A DNA stretch of 22,071 nucleotides from Promethearchaeota archaeon (GTDB taxonomy: Archaea > Asgardarchaeota > Lokiarchaeia > Sigyniarchaeales > SOKP01): NCBI GenBank assembly GCA_013375475.1, contig JABXKD010000064.1:1-22071 (forward strand), in the 5' to 3' direction. The notes below the pieces were generated by a model. The model searched no databases. It saw only the letters and a program-made list of their open reading frames with translations, and was not told the DNA's origin. Each line of letters begins with the position of its first letter. Positions within the stretch are counted from its first letter, which is position 1. The position numbers and the translations under genes were made by a program. Shown piece by piece: positions 18,245 through 22,071 of this stretch.

Positions 18245-19447
18245 TTAATCTTCGCTTAAATCGTGGAGAACTAAACCCGATAAAAGCTTAGGATCAAACC
18301 ATGTCGATTTTGGCGGCATCACTCCTCCTGAATCAGCGATTGACTCCAAATCCTTTATATCAACAGGATAAAGATTGAAAAATGCGTCGTTTCCTTTTTC
18401 AGTTGTATACTCTTCCATGGTATTTGGATCTTGTAATCCCCCAACAAAGAAAATGTTATCGTCAGAACGAATGTTGATAATCCTTAATATCGGACCCAAA
18501 ACTTTATCTTGAAGAATAGCTACATCTAAGCTGTCCCGTCTTGAGTCATAAGTTTTCTCTTTAGTTTCTAATTTATACCATTTTCCTTTTATGCAGAGTG
18601 CAGTTTGATTTTTTCTATTTGGATTAAAAGCTGTTTTAACTTTTTTAATATAATAAATTTCCTCCAACTTTCTTAAAAACTCAGCCTTACCATCTTTTAA
18701 TTTTTTAATAACCCGGTTATAAGGCAGAATTCGAATCTGATCGTCTGAGGCAACATAAGATAATAAAAATTGCCAAGGAGAATTAGAGTTTTCATTTTCG
18801 TTGGTTTTTTCCATTTGAATTTTACGATACTCTGCTGCACTTGCTGCTCGGTGGTGACCATCAGCGATATAGACTTTTTTATCTTTAAAAAGAACAGATA
18901 ATCTGGTAATAATATTAGGTTCTGTTTCCTGCCAAAGTATGTGGCGATAACCGTATTTATTGAAGTCAAATTTAGGTTCTTTTTGTTTAATCTGCTCGAT
19001 TACCTTATTAATCTCAATATCATGGCGAAAAACTGACCACACGAGCCCCGCTGCTACATTAGAAGTTGTAATATGCTTAGTTCGATCTTCAAGTGGTTTC
19101 ACTCGAGTATACTCGTGTTTAACTATGTTGTTTTCTTCATAATCTTGAAGTGCGATTCCCATAATTAATCCTTCTTGACTAAAATGAGGTGATTCTTGAC
19201 GGTAAACAAATATACTTGGTTTTTCTTCTCGACTAATAATATTAGATGCTTTAAAGTTTGTATAAGCTTTTAAGGCATTGTTGTAGACTTCCTCTCCTTC
19301 ACCATCGGGTAAAATGAGGTGAATCAACGAATTCAAGTTTTGTTTTAATTCTTGTTCTTCTACTTTTCCAATGACATCATATGGATTTGTAGTGAAATCG
19401 CTTGGATTATTAGGGCAATAAGGACGGAGAGCGGATATTCTAACCAT
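18245..19447 (-). CDS. DUF1015 family protein (ParB/sulfiredoxin-like motif)
   Basis: PYDVI, KHEYT, YIADGHHRAAS, ILPYNR, LDVAILQ and MPPKSTWFDPKLLSGL. Confidence 0.92.
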   Translation of the reverse strand: MVRISALRPYCPNNPSDFTTNPYDVIGKVEEQELKQNLNSLIHLILPDGEGEEVYNNALKAYTNFKASNIISREEKPSIFVYRQESPHFSQEGLIMGIALQDYEENNIVKHEYTRVKPLEDRTKHITTSNVAAGLVWSVFRHDIEINKVIEQIKQKEPKFDFNKYGYRHILWQETEPNIITRLSVLFKDKKVYIADGHHRAASAAEYRKIQMEKTNENENSNSPWQFLLSYVASDDQIRILPYNRVIKKLKDGKAEFLRKLEEIYYIKKVKTAFNPNRKNQTALCIKGKWYKLETKEKTYDSRRDSLDVAILQDKVLGPILRIINIRSDDNIFFVGGLQDPNTMEEYTTEKGNDAFFNLYPVDIKDLESIADSGGVMPPKSTWFDPKLLSGLVLHDLSED

Positions 19448-19552
19448 AATATGATTTAGAAGTAATTAACTTTTAAATTAGTTTCTATTACCTTAGAACG
19501 CTAAGAATTACAATACTCACGCAAAATTAGGGATAATAAATTAGAAACGAAA

Positions 19553-20131
19553 TCAATCTGATATAACATTGCCTTCAATTTCTAATAAGCTTCTTTTTAG
19601 TTGGGTTTGCCACTCATTGTTCATTTTTCCCATGAAACCGCCAATTTTTCCATCTTTTTTTATAACTCGATGACAAGGTATTATCAAAGGTAGTGGATTG
19701 TTTTTAAGAACTCCTCCTATAGCCCTATACGCTTTCGAATTAATCTTTTTGGCTAAATCTGAGTATGTAGTGAGTTCACCGGGTTTGATGTTAATAAGAG
19801 CGTGTAAAACTTTTTCTGAAAAATCTGATTTAAAATTATTTTTAAGATCAAGTAAAATGTCCAAATCCTTCATTTTCTCAAAGAGTTCTATTTTACCATC
19901 TGTTAAATAATCATTAATCGAGTTTTGTAATTGGATGAGGATAGATTGTTCTTTATCGCTTTTTTCTATAGAAATTTTAAGATCACTTTCTTTGATATAC
20001 TTTAAAATATCCGTTTTAGATTCAAAGAAGGTGATCTCTTTCAGCTCTATTTTTTGTTCACCCTGTTGATATTCGTACAATACAAAAATAAAAGGATCAA
20101 TAATCTTGGGTTTAAAGTAAAAAACAGCCAT
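19553..20131 (-). CDS. ogt: Methylated-DNA-protein cysteine methyltransferase (O6-alkylguanine DNA alkyltransferase)
   Basis: GELTTYSDLA, AYRAIG, NPLPLIIPCHRVI active site and LLEIEG. SD GAGGTG upstream on the minus strand. Confidence 0.93.
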   Translation of the reverse strand: MAVFYFKPKIIDPFIFVLYEYQQGEQKIELKEITFFESKTDILKYIKESDLKISIEKSDKEQSILIQLQNSINDYLTDGKIELFEKMKDLDILLDLKNNFKSDFSEKVLHALINIKPGELTTYSDLAKKINSKAYRAIGGVLKNNPLPLIIPCHRVIKKDGKIGGFMGKMNNEWQTQLKRSLLEIEGNVISD

Positions 20132-20328
20132 TATTTACCACCTCTCTTCCTTTAAATATTGCATCTTCATAATTAGGTACGATATATTTATCAATTCGAT
20201 AAGTTTTTAAATTGAATCTATTATCTCAATAATAATAAGAAGTGGTTAGAATAGATAAAGAATGAAAATATCTTTCAATTATACCATAATTATCAATACT
20301 ATTAATTAAAGAATCGAGTAAATACCCA

Positions 20329-21366
20329 ATGCCGGAAGATCTTAAAAATGTTATAGATGGGATCGAATCGAGCGAGAAAGAAACTGCAGTTCTCCAATCG
20401 AGAATCGATCGCTTACAAGAAATAATGGAAAAGCAAAAAAGAGTAATCAGTAATCAGGAAAATATTATTGAAGAACAGAAAATTAAGATAACCAGAATGT
20501 ATGACATTCCAGAAGATGTATTAGAATTAAAAGAATTAATCGGAACACAAAGAGCATTACTTAATGAAAGAGAAAGTGAACATGACTTTGCGAAAGGCGA
20601 AGTTCTTGCTATAGAAAAAGAACTGGAATTTTTGAAAAGACAAAACATCCCAACTCAGAAGAGATTAGACGAAAGTTTCGAAACAATTGGAAACCTTAAA
20701 GCTGAATTAGCCGAGAGGAATTCAGAGTTAATTCTTAGAGACGGAAACATCAAATCTTTAGAAAATAAGGTAAAGGAACTTCAAGCTTTTGCGGATAAAT
20801 TACAGGACGAGCAAGTAAAACTCTTGTCAGATATGGATCAAAAGTGGAAAAAGGAATTTGAACAACTAAGAACGGATCACATCACAGAAAAACAAGATTT
20901 AATTGGTAAAATCTCCGATTTAGATACATTTCTCTTAGATAGCAAGTTAGTTTCCACTGAAGCAACCTCAGAAGCAAAGGATTTGAAATCTAGGTTTGAT
21001 GAAATTCGTACCAGGCAAGAGAATTTGATTAAAAAACTAGAAGATGCTTTAGAGAACAAACGGATAGCGGACGAGGAAGTAAGAAAATTGAATTCTGAGA
21101 TGGAAAACCTTAGAGAATTTAAGAAAAAGAATTTGAAAAAGATTCATTATTACAATAAATTGACTGAATTGATGGAGCATGAGACTCAGTTCAAAGCATT
21201 TTTAATACTGGAACAAGTAGGAGTAATGGCAATGGAAGATTTGAGAAACGCTCTTAGTTCGCCTATAGTATTAGTAAAAAAAATAGTTCAGAATTTACAG
21301 GATGTCGATCTTGTTGATATCAATGATGCTGGTAAGATTTTTGTAAAGAAAATTGAAGAAAATTAG
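20329..21366 (+). CDS. Long coiled-coil protein with C-terminal winged helix-like domain
   Basis: About 280 aa of E/K/L/Q-rich heptad-like sequence, then FKAFLILEQVGVMAMEDLRNALSSPIVLVKKIVQNLQDVDLVDINDAGKIFV (helix-HTH-beta hairpin pattern). No Walker A motif. Confidence 0.75.
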   Translation: MPEDLKNVIDGIESSEKETAVLQSRIDRLQEIMEKQKRVISNQENIIEEQKIKITRMYDIPEDVLELKELIGTQRALLNERESEHDFAKGEVLAIEKELEFLKRQNIPTQKRLDESFETIGNLKAELAERNSELILRDGNIKSLENKVKELQAFADKLQDEQVKLLSDMDQKWKKEFEQLRTDHITEKQDLIGKISDLDTFLLDSKLVSTEATSEAKDLKSRFDEIRTRQENLIKKLEDALENKRIADEEVRKLNSEMENLREFKKKNLKKIHYYNKLTELMEHETQFKAFLILEQVGVMAMEDLRNALSSPIVLVKKIVQNLQDVDLVDINDAGKIFVKKIEEN

Positions 21367-21404
21367 CTTACTTTATTATACTTTTTTTAATAATAACATT
21401 TTAC

Positions 21405-21782
21405 TTATATTTTAGCCAAATCTTTATAAAGGTTAGGCAGAAGCTTTAAAAATTTACCATCTTGAGTTTGGTCAAGAATATCAGCTGCAATTGTTTTCAA
21501 TATCTCTCGATATTTGCTTGGCTTTTCATCCCTACGCAATAATAATGCAACTACATAATTCTCCACACTAATATGGTCATCTCCTACACCAGAAAAGAAA
21601 GAAACAACTTTATTATTTTTTAACGAAATGCTAGCAAATCCTGGTTTTAGACTTTGATACCTATGGGAAGAGTATACCTGCGTGAGTAGGTTATTTGTGA
21701 TTTTAAGGTTATCAGGATAAAACCCTTCATTTATCGGCCCTATTTCATTGTCCCATCGGATAATCAGAATACCCACGGGCAT
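21405..21782 (-). CDS. Small longin/uDENN-like domain protein
   Basis: 125 aa. N-terminal hydrophobic strand + WDNEIGP + YP, then helix, three strands and a terminal helix, a pattern typical of uDENN/longin folds. SD GGAGG upstream. Fold is inferred from pattern only. Confidence 0.65.
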   Translation of the reverse strand: MPVGILIIRWDNEIGPINEGFYPDNLKITNNLLTQVYSSHRYQSLKPGFASISLKNNKVVSFFSGVGDDHISVENYVVALLLRRDEKPSKYREILKTIAADILDQTQDGKFLKLLPNLYKDLAKI

Positions 21783-21869
21783 TTAAACTATCCCTCCATC
21801 AATCTCCTTAACCCACCAAATGATCAGCATACTTACAAACATTTGAAAAATCTCTCCGTCGATTTCCTT
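21750..21869 (-). repeat. Degenerate 60-bp tandem duplication (2 copies) covering the RBS and first codons of the longin-like gene
   Basis: 21810-21869 versus 21750-21809 align without gaps at 41/60 identity by hand count. Confidence 0.8.
21783..21842 (-). CDS. Putative 19-aa upstream ORF MFVSMLIIWWVKEIDGGIV
   Basis: ATG at 21842 is preceded by GGAGAG. Its TAA (21785-21783) directly abuts the in-frame ATG of the longin-like gene. Translation is unproven. Confidence 0.35.
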   Translation of the reverse strand: MFVSMLIIWWVKEIDGGIV

Positions 21870-22071
21870 TAATTTTATTAAGCTTTAATTGTTTTTATTG
21901 TAATAAAATAAAACTTACATAGATAATTAAAAATTATGCTTATAACATTTTTTATTTTTCTGTTTTTAAAAAGAAAATGATATTTAGATATGTTTATAAA
22001 AATCATTTAAGAGTTTTTATAATAAAAAATTAGAAATGTAAGGGAAAGCTCGTATTTTTATAATAGAAAAT

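Noticed and set aside
19481-19555. GTTTCTA...TAGAAAC pairing downstream of the TGA-terminated ogt gene as a SECIS element
   Set aside because: Pairing is weak, the protein is complete before the TGA, and read-through adds only three residues before a TAA.
389-21059. Short shadow ORFs in the track (389-601, 2991-3182, 6781-7011, 8149-8355, 8745-9059, 9102-9386, 11081-11287, 12252-12443, 15325-15588, 18697-18969, 18960-19142, 19698-19910, 20454-20648, 20877-21059)
   Set aside because: All overlap longer genes with clear family motifs or composition, mostly antisense, and show no recognisable motifs.
20329-21366. Annotation as SMC/Rad50 chromosome partition protein
   Set aside because: No Walker A/B or signature motif and far too short; similarity would come from coiled-coil composition only.
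21750-21869. The 60-bp repeat as a CRISPR array or DGR template/variable repeat pair
   Set aside because: Only two contiguous copies with no spacers, mismatches are not adenine-specific, and no cas or reverse transcriptase gene lies in the window.

Overview
AT-rich, gene-dense prokaryotic window with about 20 CDSs and no recognisable rRNA, tRNA, CRISPR array or transposase. Archaeal-type signals (GAGGTG Shine-Dalgarno motifs, oligo-T terminators), two geranylgeranyl-reductase-family genes and a small longin/uDENN-like protein suggest an Asgard archaeon (Lokiarchaeia-like); this is inference. Content in order: class II aldolase C-terminus, type-B carboxylesterase, YdjC/ChbG deacetylase, DUF3604-like PHP metallohydrolase, divergent GGR pair, small and membrane proteins, EamA transporter, MBL-fold hydrolase, divergently arranged DppC/DppB permeases, a probable serine-metabolism cluster (class V aminotransferase, SerA-like dehydrogenase, DUF1015) interrupted by a molybdopterin oxidoreductase, an O6-alkylguanine alkyltransferase, a coiled-coil/winged-helix protein and a longin-like protein. 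Most notable: (i) a degenerate 60-bp tandem duplication of the longin gene's RBS and first codons, forming a 19-aa in-frame upstream ORF; (ii) a probable CTG start codon for the aminotransferase; (iii) the aminotransferase/SerA-like/DUF1015 module, whose dehydrogenase has an NADP-type fingerprint.
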